Assembly: GCA_963737265.1 (NCBI GenBank)
Contig: CAVTRY010000011.1
Span: 1,024,001 to 1,088,000 of the forward strand
DNA from: an uncultured delta proteobacterium
Lineage (GTDB): Bacteria > Myxococcota_A > Polyangia > Fen-1088
DNA: 64,000 nucleotides
Reading direction: 5' to 3'
Shown here: piece after piece, positions 20,837 to 31,125 of the stretch
Position numbering within the stretch: the first letter of the stretch is position 1
Layout of the letters: every line of letters starts with the position of its first letter
Translations under genes and position numbers: made by a program
Notes under the pieces: model-generated
The model's input: only the letters and a program-made list of their open reading frames with translations
Database searches by the model: none
Told to the model about the DNA's origin: nothing

Positions 20837-22726
20837 TCATTCGGGGCGCCGGTCGATGAAGGTGCGAAACCACATCTCCAGCATCATCAGATTCCAGATC
20901 TGATGGCCGTGCGGCTCGCCGCGTGCGTGGGCCTCAAGCAGGGCCTCCACCGCGGCTGGTGCGAAAAGACCGCGTGCGCGCGCGGTGCCATCGAGCAAGG
21001 TGTCGCGCGCCATGGCGGCGAGCTCGCCCCGCATCCAGCGGTGGATGGGCAAACCGAAGCCACGCTTGGCTCGGCCAAGGACAGTCGCCGGCACCAGATC
21101 CTTGGCCATTTCCCGCAGCAGCACCTTGGAGCTGAAGCCGCGCAGCTTCAGATCGGTCGGCAGCGAAGCGGAGAAGCGCATGAATTCTCGGTCGAGCAGC
21201 GGCGCGCGCACTTCCAGAGCGTGGGCCATCGAAGCAATGTCCACCTTTACCAGGATGTCATCGGGCAAATAGGTTTCGCTGTCGAGCTCCATCAGCCGCC
21301 CGACAGCATCCGCCGCGCTTCCGCCCGTGATGGTTTCGTCGAAGCGAGCGCTCACCGTATCGCGAGCAAACCGTGCCTGGTAGTCGGGATGGTAGATGGC
21401 CAGGCGCTCGCGATGTTCGAAGTGGCCGATCCAGCCCTCATAGCGCTCGGCCTCGCTCTGATGCAATCGCAGTCCCGTGTTGCGCAGCGGCTGCAGCGAC
21501 GGAAAGGGAAGGTTGCGCAGGCCAGTGGACAGAACGGCGCGCAGCGGTCGCGGCAACTTCATGAGCCGATGCAGGAGGCGGGCGATGCGGTAGCGATTGT
21601 AGCCGCCGAACATTTCGTCGCCGCCGTCGCCGGACAGGGCCACCGTAACGTGGCGTTTGGTGGCCTCCGCCAGATACCATGTCGGCACCGCCGACGCATC
21701 GGCGAACGGCTCACCATAGTGCCACACCAGCTTGGGCACGATCGAGACCATATCGGGCTCGACCATGATCTCGTGGTGCTCGGTCCCGTAGCGTTCCGCA
21801 ACCATTTTCGCATACGGCAGCTCGCTCAAGTCCTGCTCGGGAAATCCCACCGAAAAGGTCTTCACCGGCCGGCTGGACAGCCCCGCCATGAGCGCCACGA
21901 TCAACGACGAGTCGAGGCCGCCAGAAAGAAATGCGCCGAGCGGAACGTCCGCGACCATGCGCAGACGAACGCTTTCTTCCAACTGCCGCCGCAGCTCGGC
22001 CGCGAGGGCGCGTCGATCGCGGGGCAAATCCGTGCGAGGACGAAAATCCAGGCGATGGTAACGCGCAACGGTGGGCGCCTGCCCGACGGTGCACGATACC
22101 CAGCATCCTGGCGGCAACTTGCGTACGCCACGAAAAGCGCATTGCGGAGACGGCACGTATTGCAGTCCGAGATACGCGTCGATGGCATCCAGATCCGGCT
22201 CGGCGGCAATAAGACGCGAGCCCATGAGCGCTTGCACCTCGGATGCGAACAACAGTCCGTGCTGCCCGTGGTGATAGAAGAGAGGCTTCTTGCCCACTGG
22301 GTCTCGCGCCAGAATCAGCCGGCGCTGTTTGCCGTCCCAAAGCGCCAGCGCGAACATCCCGCGCAGACGGCCAAGAAAATCCGGCCCCAGCTCCTCATAC
22401 AGATGAAGGGTCACCTCAGAGTCGGAATGCGAGCGAAAACGATGTCCCTTGGCCTCCAGCTCCGCGCGCAGCTCGGCAAAGTTGTAGATCTCGCCGTTGA
22501 CCACGACCTGGACGCTGCCATCCTCGTTGGCCATTGGCTGCGCGCCTTCCGGCGACAGGTCGATGATGGACAGGCGCCGGTGGCCCAGGCAGACCGCACC
22601 GTCGACGGAAAATCCGTGCATGTCCGGTCCCCGGTGCGCCAGGCGCTCGCACATGCGGACCACCGGCTCGCGCAGCGAGGTCTCGTCGATGGACTTGGAC
22701 GAGAGAAATCCAGCGATTCCACACAT
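20837..22726 (-). CDS. asnB: Asparagine synthase-like glutamine amidotransferase, paralog 1
   Basis: MCGIAG, HRGPD, NGEIYN, LSGGLDSS, SGDGGDE. Confidence 0.95.
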   Translation of the reverse strand: MCGIAGFLSSKSIDETSLREPVVRMCERLAHRGPDMHGFSVDGAVCLGHRRLSIIDLSPEGAQPMANEDGSVQVVVNGEIYNFAELRAELEAKGHRFRSHSDSEVTLHLYEELGPDFLGRLRGMFALALWDGKQRRLILARDPVGKKPLFYHHGQHGLLFASEVQALMGSRLIAAEPDLDAIDAYLGLQYVPSPQCAFRGVRKLPPGCWVSCTVGQAPTVARYHRLDFRPRTDLPRDRRALAAELRRQLEESVRLRMVADVPLGAFLSGGLDSSLIVALMAGLSSRPVKTFSVGFPEQDLSELPYAKMVAERYGTEHHEIMVEPDMVSIVPKLVWHYGEPFADASAVPTWYLAEATKRHVTVALSGDGGDEMFGGYNRYRIARLLHRLMKLPRPLRAVLSTGLRNLPFPSLQPLRNTGLRLHQSEAERYEGWIGHFEHRERLAIYHPDYQARFARDTVSARFDETITGGSAADAVGRLMELDSETYLPDDILVKVDIASMAHALEVRAPLLDREFMRFSASLPTDLKLRGFSSKVLLREMAKDLVPATVLGRAKRGFGLPIHRWMRGELAAMARDTLLDGTARARGLFAPAAVEALLEAHARGEPHGHQIWNLMMLEMWFRTFIDRRPE

Positions 22727-22736
22727 GGGTTCGATC

Positions 22737-23942
22737 CTATCCGATCCTTTGCGGCAGCAGCTCGTCGTACAGAGCGACGAGATCCTTCATGACCCGTTCG
22801 TTGCCAAATCGTTCCATGACACGCTGGCGGCCGGCACGCCCCATGGCCCGGGCATCGTCGACCGGGGTGACGAGCGCGCGCCGGATGGCCTCGGCCATGG
22901 GCTCGATATGGCCGGAACGGAATTCAAACCCGGTCTCGCCGTCGGCCATGATTCCGTCGAGGTTGGCGGCATGTGAAAGCAGGAGCGGCCGCTCGCAGGC
23001 GTGGCCCTCCAGCGCGGCGTTGGGCAAGCCCTCCCACAGCGAGGGCAGAATCACCCAGTCGGCCGCCGCATAGATTTCCTCGATGCCCGTCACCGGGCCA
23101 AGAAAGCGTACCTGCTCGTCGAGACCGTTCCGACGCACGAAAAGGCGAAAGAGGCGGCTCGTCCATCCCTGCGACACGCGGCCGGCAAACAAGAACCTAG
23201 CCGCCGGCGGGAGCTGCCCGCGCCGCTTGAGCCGACCCAGCGCCATGGCCAGGCCGAGTTGGTGTTTCATGATACTGAGCCGGCCCGGCATGAAGAACAC
23301 CGGACCGTCGAGGCCGTGCTGCGAGCGAGCTCGCTGGCGGACATCCTCGGAAAGCGGCCGAAAGCGTTCGAAGTCCACGACATTGCCGATGCGCCGGATC
23401 TTGCTCGCCGGCACCCTTTGCCAGCGAACCAGCTCGCGCTCGATCCCGACGCTGTTGACCACCACCGCGTGACACCGCCGAGCCAACAGCTTTTCGACCA
23501 GCGCGAACCGTGGTCGCATGAACCGGCATCGCACCGACGAAACAACGATGGGCCGCCCCACGCCGGGAGCGATAAGGCGGTTCCAAAAATTGGATGGGTC
23601 GAGAAAGCTGTGGACCACATCCGGCTTCTCTTCGCGCAAAAAGGCCCGAAGCCTCCGTGCGATCGCGAGCGGATTCTTGGTCCCGATCGCGTGGCGCCGC
23701 AGCGTTGGCGGCAGAAGGTGTCCGTAGGCCAGGTCGGCGCGGAGCGTGCACAGCACGGTGTGGAAGCCAAGGCTGGGCAGCCGGCGCGCCAGCTCCAGGG
23801 CCTGGCGTTCGGCTCCACCTTGGGCCAGTGAATCAACTAACACGACGACTTTGGCGCGCGGGCCAGCGGCGACAGACGCGCTCACCGTGGCACTCGAAGC
23901 AAATGGGGAGGAACAGGAAGAAGGTGGGGTTGGATGATTCAC
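22737..23942 (-). CDS. Glycosyltransferase family 4, paralog 1
   Basis: GGAERQ, LPSLWEGLPNAALEG; start uncertain. Confidence 0.9.
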   Translation of the reverse strand: MNHPTPPSSCSSPFASSATVSASVAAGPRAKVVVLVDSLAQGGAERQALELARRLPSLGFHTVLCTLRADLAYGHLLPPTLRRHAIGTKNPLAIARRLRAFLREEKPDVVHSFLDPSNFWNRLIAPGVGRPIVVSSVRCRFMRPRFALVEKLLARRCHAVVVNSVGIERELVRWQRVPASKIRRIGNVVDFERFRPLSEDVRQRARSQHGLDGPVFFMPGRLSIMKHQLGLAMALGRLKRRGQLPPAARFLFAGRVSQGWTSRLFRLFVRRNGLDEQVRFLGPVTGIEEIYAAADWVILPSLWEGLPNAALEGHACERPLLLSHAANLDGIMADGETGFEFRSGHIEPMAEAIRRALVTPVDDARAMGRAGRQRVMERFGNERVMKDLVALYDELLPQRIG

Positions 23943-24165
23943 GGACAGACTCGAATGACCGCGACATGCTAGCAGTCCGACGCGGGCGGTGCGAATTGCC
24001 GAATGCAAGAGAAGCGCCCGGCCAGCGAAGAACGCGAAGCAGCCACTTCCGCACGTGAAAAGAACATCGAATCGGCCGAAGCAACCGAGCAGGTGGTGAG
24101 TCTTCACCACTTGCCGACCGTTTCGTTGAAAGTTCGCCGCCGTGGACTTCGGCCCGCGCGAAGCG

Positions 24166-25161
24166 TTAGTCGTAGCCTCGGTCGGACCGCATGTAACCGA
24201 GGGCCAGATACAGGATCCGCTTCTGTTCCAAGCGGCCGCGCGCCACGCCGTCGAGGATCAGGCCACACCCAAGCGAGAGCCCGGCCAAGAGCATGAGTCC
24301 GGTTGCCAGAATGGCGGTGGGAAAACGGGGCACGAGGCCGGTTTCCAAATAGGTCGAAAACAGGGGTAGTGCCAGTAGCACTGCGGTGAGGCTGAAAAAC
24401 GCGGCAAATAGGCCGAAGAACAGACCTGGTCGAATCTCCTTGAACAGATGAACGATGGTGCTGAGGATGCGGAAGGAATCGCGAAAGGTATGCAGCTTGC
24501 TGGTCGAGCCCGCGGACCGCGCGCCGTACTCGGTCTCGATCTCGACGATGGGCATGCGCAGTTGACTGGCATGAACCGACATTTCGGTTTCAATTTCGAA
24601 ACCGCTGGAAATGGCGGGGAAGCTCTTGACGAACCGTCGCGAGAACGCGCGATAACCCGAAAAGATGTCGGTGAAATCGGGGCCAATGAGGCGCCGATAG
24701 ATCTGATTGAACAGCCGGTTGCCGAAACCGTGTCCCTTGCGATGGGCGTCGGAGTACACGTCCTTCCGCTTGCCGACGACCATGTCCGCGTGATCCGAGA
24801 GCAAGCGCGCGACCATGGTGGGTGCCGCCTCGGCATCGTAGGTCCCGTCACCGTCGGCCATCAGATAGACGTCGGCGTCGATGTCGGCAAACATCCGGCG
24901 CACGACATTGCCCTTGCCCGGCCAGGGCTCGTGGCGAACCACGGCCCCTGCTTCTTGCGCGCACGCGGCAGTGCCGTCGGTGGATCGGTTGTCGTATACG
25001 AATACCGTGGCGGCGGGCAAGGCAGCGCGAAAGCTTGCGACCACCTGGGCGATGGTCAGCGCTTCGTTGTAGCAAGGAAGCAAGACCGCGAGCCGCGGTG
25101 CCGGCTGGGATACGGACGGGTGCGTCGGCGATTGCGAGGGTGAAGAGGCTTTGTCGATCAT
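24166..25161 (-). CDS. Glycosyltransferase family 2 (polyprenyl-phosphate/DPM1-like)
   Basis: LPCYNE, YDNRSTD, GKGNVV, ADGDGTY, two C-terminal TM helices. Confidence 0.92.
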   Translation of the reverse strand: MIDKASSPSQSPTHPSVSQPAPRLAVLLPCYNEALTIAQVVASFRAALPAATVFVYDNRSTDGTAACAQEAGAVVRHEPWPGKGNVVRRMFADIDADVYLMADGDGTYDAEAAPTMVARLLSDHADMVVGKRKDVYSDAHRKGHGFGNRLFNQIYRRLIGPDFTDIFSGYRAFSRRFVKSFPAISSGFEIETEMSVHASQLRMPIVEIETEYGARSAGSTSKLHTFRDSFRILSTIVHLFKEIRPGLFFGLFAAFFSLTAVLLALPLFSTYLETGLVPRFPTAILATGLMLLAGLSLGCGLILDGVARGRLEQKRILYLALGYMRSDRGYD

Positions 25162-25388
25162 GACCGAGGGTGCCGCGTAGGGTTCACGTGCTGGTGCCTC
25201 GGAACAGTAAAGCAGAAACCGTGAAGTCTGACCACCGCCCTGCCCAGCTCTTCCCTACTCGCGCATTTTCGCGAACCCGGTGACTTGATATAGAGTGCCG
25301 TCGTGTTCGCGACCGGTCAGACACGAGCGCTGGTGGTTCTCGGCCCCAACTTGATTTCCGTCTTGGCAGCTCTTGGCAGCGTGAGCTG

Positions 25389-27032
25389 ATGAGCGCACGG
25401 TGGGCCGGTTCTCTGCTCGTCGCCTTGGCCTTGCTCGGGTTCGGCGCCGATGTGATGCGAAGATCGTCGACGCAACTCTGTCCGCGCTACGACGAGGTTT
25501 CCTACCTCGCCATCGCACGCGACTATGCCCGCGAGGGTGGCATCCTGCCCACCATCCGCTGCCATCTCGAAGGGCGTTGTCGCGAGGACAATCGCCCGCC
25601 GCTATTCGAATTCATGCTGGAGACGGTTGTGGACGACGCTCCTGCGGCGTTTGCCCGCGCCAAGCTGGTCACCTTGGGAACCGCGCTGCTCCTGTTCGCC
25701 GTGGTGTTCGTGACCATCCGCCGCGCGTTTTCGTCGCGCGTGGCGGTGGGCTCGGTCGTGGCCTTGGCTCTGATGCCGGCCTTGTCCGACTATAGCTCGC
25801 ACGTCCAGCACGACCCGCTCTACGCCGCGATCACCTTCGCGGTGGTGTTCGCCGTGGCCGCTTGGCAGGATCGAGGCTGGCCGTGGTGGATGCTGGCCGG
25901 GGCGCTGGTGGGACTCGCCTTTCTCACCAAGGGCAGCGGTCACCTGCTGCTGCTTCCGCTGCTCGGCGTATCCTTCTACCGTCATCGTCTTGCCATCCTG
26001 CGAAAGCCCATCGTCTACGCCACGGTCTGCGGTTTCGTCGCGGTATCGTTCTTTCTCCTCTGGCGCAACCTCAAGCTGGCGGGCAGCCCGTTCTTCAACG
26101 TCAACGGCCGCGGCATCTGGCTCGATCGCTGGCAAGATGTGTGGGCTATGCAGCTCGATCCGGAATGGAATCAGGTGGGGCTGGGTTGGTATTTGCAGCG
26201 GCATTCGCTCTGGCAGTTGGCCTTCAAGATCCTGCGCGGTCTCGGCCTCACCATCGGCGTTGGTATCTACGCGGCGGGAGTCGGCTTCGCCAACCCCGTG
26301 CTGCGAGCCACGACCGGCGCGGCCGTCCTGGTGCTGGCGGGTCTGGGCGTGCGCCGACGATGGCGAGCCGGCCACCGCGTCGAGGTTCTGGCGGTTCTTT
26401 CGACCGTGGCGCTCTTCGGGGCGGCCCTGACACTCGCGACTTCGGGCGGGCCGGGACCGCAGGCACGTTATTGCTTTCCCTATGTCCTGGTGCTGGTGCC
26501 TGGTTTTGTGGTGGAGCTTCTCGATGGAGTCTGGCCGGCCATGCATGCCTGGCTTTCGCGACGCTGGCCAAATGTTCGGCCGGCACGGCTGGGACTTGCC
26601 GGGCTGACTGTCCTTTTGGCAATCCGGCTAGTCTCGGCGTCGCCGCTGACGACCACAAGTCCGCTCGCGCTCTTTGCGGTCGATCCCCATTGGCACGAAA
26701 CCTCGCTGTGGCTTTCGCAGGCGCTTGCTCCCGACGAAAGATTTGCCCTGCCTTACCAGAGCCTGTACTCGACCTGGGATGTGCCCCGACCGCAGACCGA
26801 TCCGCGCTGGAACTTCTGGTTCGGGATGCCAAGCGTCGACTTGCGACGTTACATGGAAGGGTCGCACATCCATCACGTCCTCATCGATACCGCAAGCGCC
26901 GGATACGCCGAGTATGCCGACAAGTTGTCGACGGCAAAAGACGCCCACGGACCGCTCGCATTCCTCGACTGGCCACGCTGCTTCGCGGATGGCGCGCAGC
27001 CCAGCCGCTTTCTCATCTACTGTTGTCCTTGA
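25389..27032 (+). CDS. ArnT/PMT-like (GT-C) membrane glycosyltransferase
   Basis: YDEVSYLAIAR after TM1, RPPLF, GLAFLTKG, many TM segments. Confidence 0.75.
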   Translation: MSARWAGSLLVALALLGFGADVMRRSSTQLCPRYDEVSYLAIARDYAREGGILPTIRCHLEGRCREDNRPPLFEFMLETVVDDAPAAFARAKLVTLGTALLLFAVVFVTIRRAFSSRVAVGSVVALALMPALSDYSSHVQHDPLYAAITFAVVFAVAAWQDRGWPWWMLAGALVGLAFLTKGSGHLLLLPLLGVSFYRHRLAILRKPIVYATVCGFVAVSFFLLWRNLKLAGSPFFNVNGRGIWLDRWQDVWAMQLDPEWNQVGLGWYLQRHSLWQLAFKILRGLGLTIGVGIYAAGVGFANPVLRATTGAAVLVLAGLGVRRRWRAGHRVEVLAVLSTVALFGAALTLATSGGPGPQARYCFPYVLVLVPGFVVELLDGVWPAMHAWLSRRWPNVRPARLGLAGLTVLLAIRLVSASPLTTTSPLALFAVDPHWHETSLWLSQALAPDERFALPYQSLYSTWDVPRPQTDPRWNFWFGMPSVDLRRYMEGSHIHHVLIDTASAGYAEYADKLSTAKDAHGPLAFLDWPRCFADGAQPSRFLIYCCP

Positions 27033-27047
27033 TTGGTGTCGGCCCTG

Positions 27048-28202
27048 ATGTCCGAACGGCGCTACAAGATTCTCTTCTTCATTCCCAACCTGCAGCAAGG
27101 CGGGGCCGAACGGCAGATTCTTGAGCTGGTGACGAGGCTTCCGCCGCGTTTCGAGCCGGTCCTGTGCGTGTGGAAGAACCTCGTCCATTACTCCGAGTAC
27201 CTGCCCCCCAATCTCCGACTGCACGTGCTGGGGGTCGACCGAATGGGGCACACGGGACTCGGCAGGTTGGTCGATGTTTTGCGGCTGGAACGGCCCGACA
27301 TCCTGCATTCCTACCGAGACAAGGCGAATCTGTGGGCACGGCTGGCCGTTCGCCGGGTGGCCGTGCCCATCGTGCTCACCGGCGTACGCAACCGCGCCAT
27401 TGGGCTGCCCTACCTGGCCACCGAATGGTACCTATCGCGTGGTACGGATCGCGTGCTGACCAACTCGGAAGGCGTGCGCCGCGAGCTGGTTCATTGGGCG
27501 CGCGTCAGTCCCGCCAAGGTTCAGGTCATCCACAATTTCATCGATGGCGAACGTTTTCGACCACCCTCGCCCGAGGAGCGCATCGCCGCGCGGGCGCATC
27601 TCAAGCTGGCCGACGACGATCTCGCCATCTTGGTTCCCGGTCGGGTGAGCCTGCAAAAACACCAGATGGGCCTCGCACGCGCGTTGGCGCGCATGAAAAA
27701 ACGCGGTCGCCTTGCCGCCAACGTGCGCGTGCTGCTGGCTGGCCGCGAACGCGATCGCCTCTATTCGTGGCTGTTTCCGCGCTGGGCGTCCTGGCTCGGT
27801 GTGAAGCAAAGTCTGGTGCGTCTCGGAACGGTCAAGGACATGCCGACGCTGTATCACGCTGCCGATGTGTTGGTATTGCCGTCGCTGTGGGAAGGGCTGC
27901 CCAACGCCGTGCTGGAGGGCCAGGCCAGCGCTTTGCCGGCGGTGGTGTCGCACGCGGCGAACGTGGACAAGATTGTGCTCAACGGCGTCACCGGCTTCGA
28001 GGTGCCGACCTTCGACGCGCCGGCGTTGGCCAACGCACTGGAGCGAATCATTGACCTCGGGAGCGAAGCGCGGCAGGACATGGGAAAGAAGGGTCGCGAG
28101 CACGTAATGGCCGCTTTCAGCCCCGAGCGCGTGCTGCGGGAGACCGTCGCCCTTTACGACTCTCTCATCGCCGAAAAAGGACTTTTGTCATGTGCGGAAT
28201 AG
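27048..28202 (+). CDS. Glycosyltransferase family 4, paralog 2
   Basis: GGAERQ, LPSLWEGLPNAVLEG, SHAANVD. Confidence 0.92.
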   Translation: MSERRYKILFFIPNLQQGGAERQILELVTRLPPRFEPVLCVWKNLVHYSEYLPPNLRLHVLGVDRMGHTGLGRLVDVLRLERPDILHSYRDKANLWARLAVRRVAVPIVLTGVRNRAIGLPYLATEWYLSRGTDRVLTNSEGVRRELVHWARVSPAKVQVIHNFIDGERFRPPSPEERIAARAHLKLADDDLAILVPGRVSLQKHQMGLARALARMKKRGRLAANVRVLLAGRERDRLYSWLFPRWASWLGVKQSLVRLGTVKDMPTLYHAADVLVLPSLWEGLPNAVLEGQASALPAVVSHAANVDKIVLNGVTGFEVPTFDAPALANALERIIDLGSEARQDMGKKGREHVMAAFSPERVLRETVALYDSLIAEKGLLSCAE

Positions 28203-30148
28203 CCGGCCACCTCGCCCAGCAAAGCGACGCCACACCTGATCCCATGGTGGTGAGGCGCTTGGCAGCGGCGATGATCCACCGCGGCCCCGATGGCGCCGGC
28301 TTCCTGTTCAAGGGTCCGGTGGCCTTGGCGCACCGTCGGTTGTCGATCATCGACCTTTCGAACGCCGGTTTGCAGCCCATGACCAACGAAGACGGACGCA
28401 TCGCCATCCTGGTCAACGGCGAGATCTACAACCACCAGGAGCTGCGCACCGAGCTGGAAAAGAAGGGCCATCGTTTCCGCAGCCACAGCGATTCCGAGGT
28501 GGTGGCGCACCTTTACGAAGACGTGGGCGACCGCGTGCCCGAGCGCTTGCACGGCATGTTCGCGCTCGCCATCTACGACGCCGACAAGCACAGGCTGCTC
28601 CTGGCCCGCGACCGGTTCGGCGAAAAACCGCTGTACTACGCCACCCGTCCGGACGGCTTTGTCTTTGCGTCCGAATTGGCCGCGCTGCTGGCCGATCCGG
28701 GCACGCATGCCGAAGTCTCCCCGGCGGCGATCGATCTTTACTGTTCCCTTCAGTATGTGCCCGCCCCTGGCACCATATTTGGCAACGTCCACAAGCTACC
28801 CGCCGGATGTCTGTTGCAAGTCACCTGCGGTGGCGAGCCGCACACGCGGCGTTACTACGATATCGACTACACGCCGAAGCTCGACAACCTGAGCGAGGAC
28901 GAAGCGGCCCGCAGGGTGCGCGACACGGTGGAAGAAGCCGTGCGCGTGCGACTGATGTCGGACGTTCCCTTGGGCGCTTTTCTGTCGGGCGGGCTCAACT
29001 CGTCCATCGTGGTCGCCTGCATGGCCAGCGCTTCGAGCAAGCCGGTGCAAACCTTCTCGGTGGGCTTCACCGGCGGCGAAGTGGACGAGCTGCCCTTCGC
29101 GCGCCTCATCGCCGAACGGTACAAGACCAATCACCACGAGCTGGTCGTCGAGCCCAACATGACCGAGCTGTTGCCGAGCATCGTTCGCCATCACGGCGAG
29201 CCCTTCGGCGACACGTCGACCTTGCCCACGCGCTACCTGTGCGAGATGACCCGCCGCCATGTCACGGTGGCGCTGTCCGGCGACGGCGGCGACGAGGCTT
29301 TCGGCGGCTACCGCCGCTACATGTGGGCCAACCTCGCCGCGCGCTTGACCGCCTTGCCACGTCCGCTGCCCTTTCTGGCGCGCAAGATTCTCGCATCGCT
29401 CCCTGGCTCGGGCCAATACGCAATTCGCGATTTTGGCGCCCGCCTGGCCGAGGATGAGGCCGCGCGCTACTTGAGTTTGATCCATCACTTTTCCTTCGCG
29501 GAACGTAGCGCCCTGTACGGCCCTGCCCTTCGCGCGCAACTTGGAACCGACGCGGCCCTCGGCGAATTCCGCCGCCGTCTCGCGGTCGCCACGGCCCGCG
29601 ACGATGTCAGCCGCTGGTGCGAGCTCGACGCCCACACCTATTTGCCCGAGGACATCTTCTTCAAAGTCGACATCGCCAGCATGACCCACAGCCTGGAAGC
29701 GCGCGCCCCTTTCGTGGATCACCGGGTGATGGAGCTCGGCGCCGCACTGCCAGGTCGGCTCAAGCTGCGCGCCCGCAAGGGCAAGTACATTTTGAAAAAG
29801 GCCTTTGCCGACATGGTTCCCGTGGAAATCCGCGAGCGATGCAAAAGGGGCTTTGCCTCGCCCATGCGCAATTGGTTCGCCGGCCCCTTGCGCGGCTTCG
29901 CCCGCGATCTCCTGCTATCGCCCGAGGCGCGCGCCCGCGGGCTCTTCCAACCCCCAGCCATCGAACGCCTGCTCGATCGCCACCAAGCCGGCGAGGATCA
30001 CGGCGAGCGCATCTGGAATCTGGTGATCCTCGAACAATGGCACCGCGAGCTCGTCGATGGACGACAGCGCTTCATGCGCGAAGTGGAAGCTCTGGCGCAA
30101 AAGCTAGCCGGCGACGAAGCAGCCCAGGCTTCCGCCGCCGCGACGTAG
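28190..30148 (+). CDS. asnB: Asparagine synthase-like glutamine amidotransferase, paralog 2
   Basis: MCGIAG, HRGPD, NGEIYN, SGDGGDE; PP-loop reads SGGLNS. Confidence 0.93.
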   Translation: MCGIAGHLAQQSDATPDPMVVRRLAAAMIHRGPDGAGFLFKGPVALAHRRLSIIDLSNAGLQPMTNEDGRIAILVNGEIYNHQELRTELEKKGHRFRSHSDSEVVAHLYEDVGDRVPERLHGMFALAIYDADKHRLLLARDRFGEKPLYYATRPDGFVFASELAALLADPGTHAEVSPAAIDLYCSLQYVPAPGTIFGNVHKLPAGCLLQVTCGGEPHTRRYYDIDYTPKLDNLSEDEAARRVRDTVEEAVRVRLMSDVPLGAFLSGGLNSSIVVACMASASSKPVQTFSVGFTGGEVDELPFARLIAERYKTNHHELVVEPNMTELLPSIVRHHGEPFGDTSTLPTRYLCEMTRRHVTVALSGDGGDEAFGGYRRYMWANLAARLTALPRPLPFLARKILASLPGSGQYAIRDFGARLAEDEAARYLSLIHHFSFAERSALYGPALRAQLGTDAALGEFRRRLAVATARDDVSRWCELDAHTYLPEDIFFKVDIASMTHSLEARAPFVDHRVMELGAALPGRLKLRARKGKYILKKAFADMVPVEIRERCKRGFASPMRNWFAGPLRGFARDLLLSPEARARGLFQPPAIERLLDRHQAGEDHGERIWNLVILEQWHRELVDGRQRFMREVEALAQKLAGDEAAQASAAAT

Positions 30149-30318
30149 CTCCCCGTCGCGCCGCTCGACCGATAGGGTCGCTGCTCCGAGGTTCCGCATC
30201 CCTCCCGTTTCGGGAAACCGACGCACGGACGTAGTGGAAACATTTAGCAAGCCTGTAGGTACGAAGGGGTGAACGCAGCGATCCTCCGAGCTTGGCATCA
30301 AGACCGCAGGACAAGTTC

Positions 30319-30346
30319 TTGCGCGAAAAGACGCCCTCGCTATCAT
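30319..30346 (+). promoter_or_regulatory. Candidate sigma70 promoter, leaderless
   Basis: TTGCGC-N16-TATCAT, then 7 nt to the GTG start at 30354. Confidence 0.5.
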
Positions 30347-30353
30347 AACCAAC

Positions 30354-30638
30354 GTGAATTGCAGCGCCCTCATCTTCACCGGCCACGCATTCGCCCGGAT
30401 GTTCGCCAGGGCCATGGCACCAGCCGAGGTGCGGGCGGTCGTCGATCATGGCGAAACGATAGCGGAATACCCCGACGACAAGCCGTATCCAAGTGCGCTT
30501 CTCCTTGGGACCATCAGCGGGCGGGTCCTCCATGTCGTGGTCGGACATGACGTCGAGGCCGAACGGTGCTACGTAGTAACCGTGTATGAGCCTGCCCCGG
30601 AGAAGTGGGATCGTGACTTCAGAAGGAGGAAGCCTTGA
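30354..30638 (+). CDS. DUF4258-like putative toxin
   Basis: FTGHAFARM, IAEYPDDKPYPSALLLG, LHVV, VVTVYEP. Confidence 0.8.
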   Translation: MNCSALIFTGHAFARMFARAMAPAEVRAVVDHGETIAEYPDDKPYPSALLLGTISGRVLHVVVGHDVEAERCYVVTVYEPAPEKWDRDFRRRKP

Positions 30639-30862
30639 TGACTTGCCCAATTTGCAAGCACGGTGAAATCGCGCCCGGGTTCACGACCATCGCTATTCAA
30701 CGCGGAGAAGCCACCATCGTCATCAAGGGCGTTCCTGCCGGCATCTGCGACAACTGCGAGGAATATCACCTGTCGGAGGAAGTGGCTCTGAAGGTCTACG
30801 CCGTGGCCGACGCGGCCGTGCGCTCCGGCGCCGAAGTCGAGATCCTGCGCTTCGCCGCGTAG
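30635..30862 (+). CDS. YgiT/MqsA-type zinc-finger protein (putative antitoxin)
   Basis: CPIC...VIKGVPAGICDNCEE; overlaps upstream gene. Confidence 0.85.
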   Translation: MMTCPICKHGEIAPGFTTIAIQRGEATIVIKGVPAGICDNCEEYHLSEEVALKVYAVADAAVRSGAEVEILRFAA

Positions 30863-30967
30863 CCAGCCGCATTCCTGTCGGATGGTATTGGGGGAGGACG
30901 GATGCGACCCCGGACATCTCGGCGATACCGGCCTTCGCGACACCGTCAGCATGGGACTTGGGACTGT

Positions 30968-31125
30968 CTACCTTCTCGGCTCGTACCGCATCGCCACCGC
31001 GCCCGAGGCGTACTCCAGCCGGCTCACGAGCTTCAAGTCGACATGCTTCGGTAGGCCCGCGAACAAGGTCGGCCCGACGCCCGCTAGCCTGGGATGCACC
31101 ACGAACTCGTACGCATCGATCAATC
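30968..31125 (-). pseudogene. 3' fragment of a DHFR/RibD-C family gene
   Basis: LIDAYEFVVHPRLAGVGPTLF...RYEPRR nearly identical to the C-terminus of 34303-34863. Confidence 0.85.

Noticed and set aside
19607-22792. 1061-aa ORF
   Set aside because: Artefact: methyltransferase 5' half running through a frameshift into the antisense strand of asnB
9922-30148. Sulfated-glycan pathway linking the sulfate ABC operon to the glycan cluster
   Set aside because: No sulfotransferase or APS/PAPS synthesis gene in the window; adjacency only
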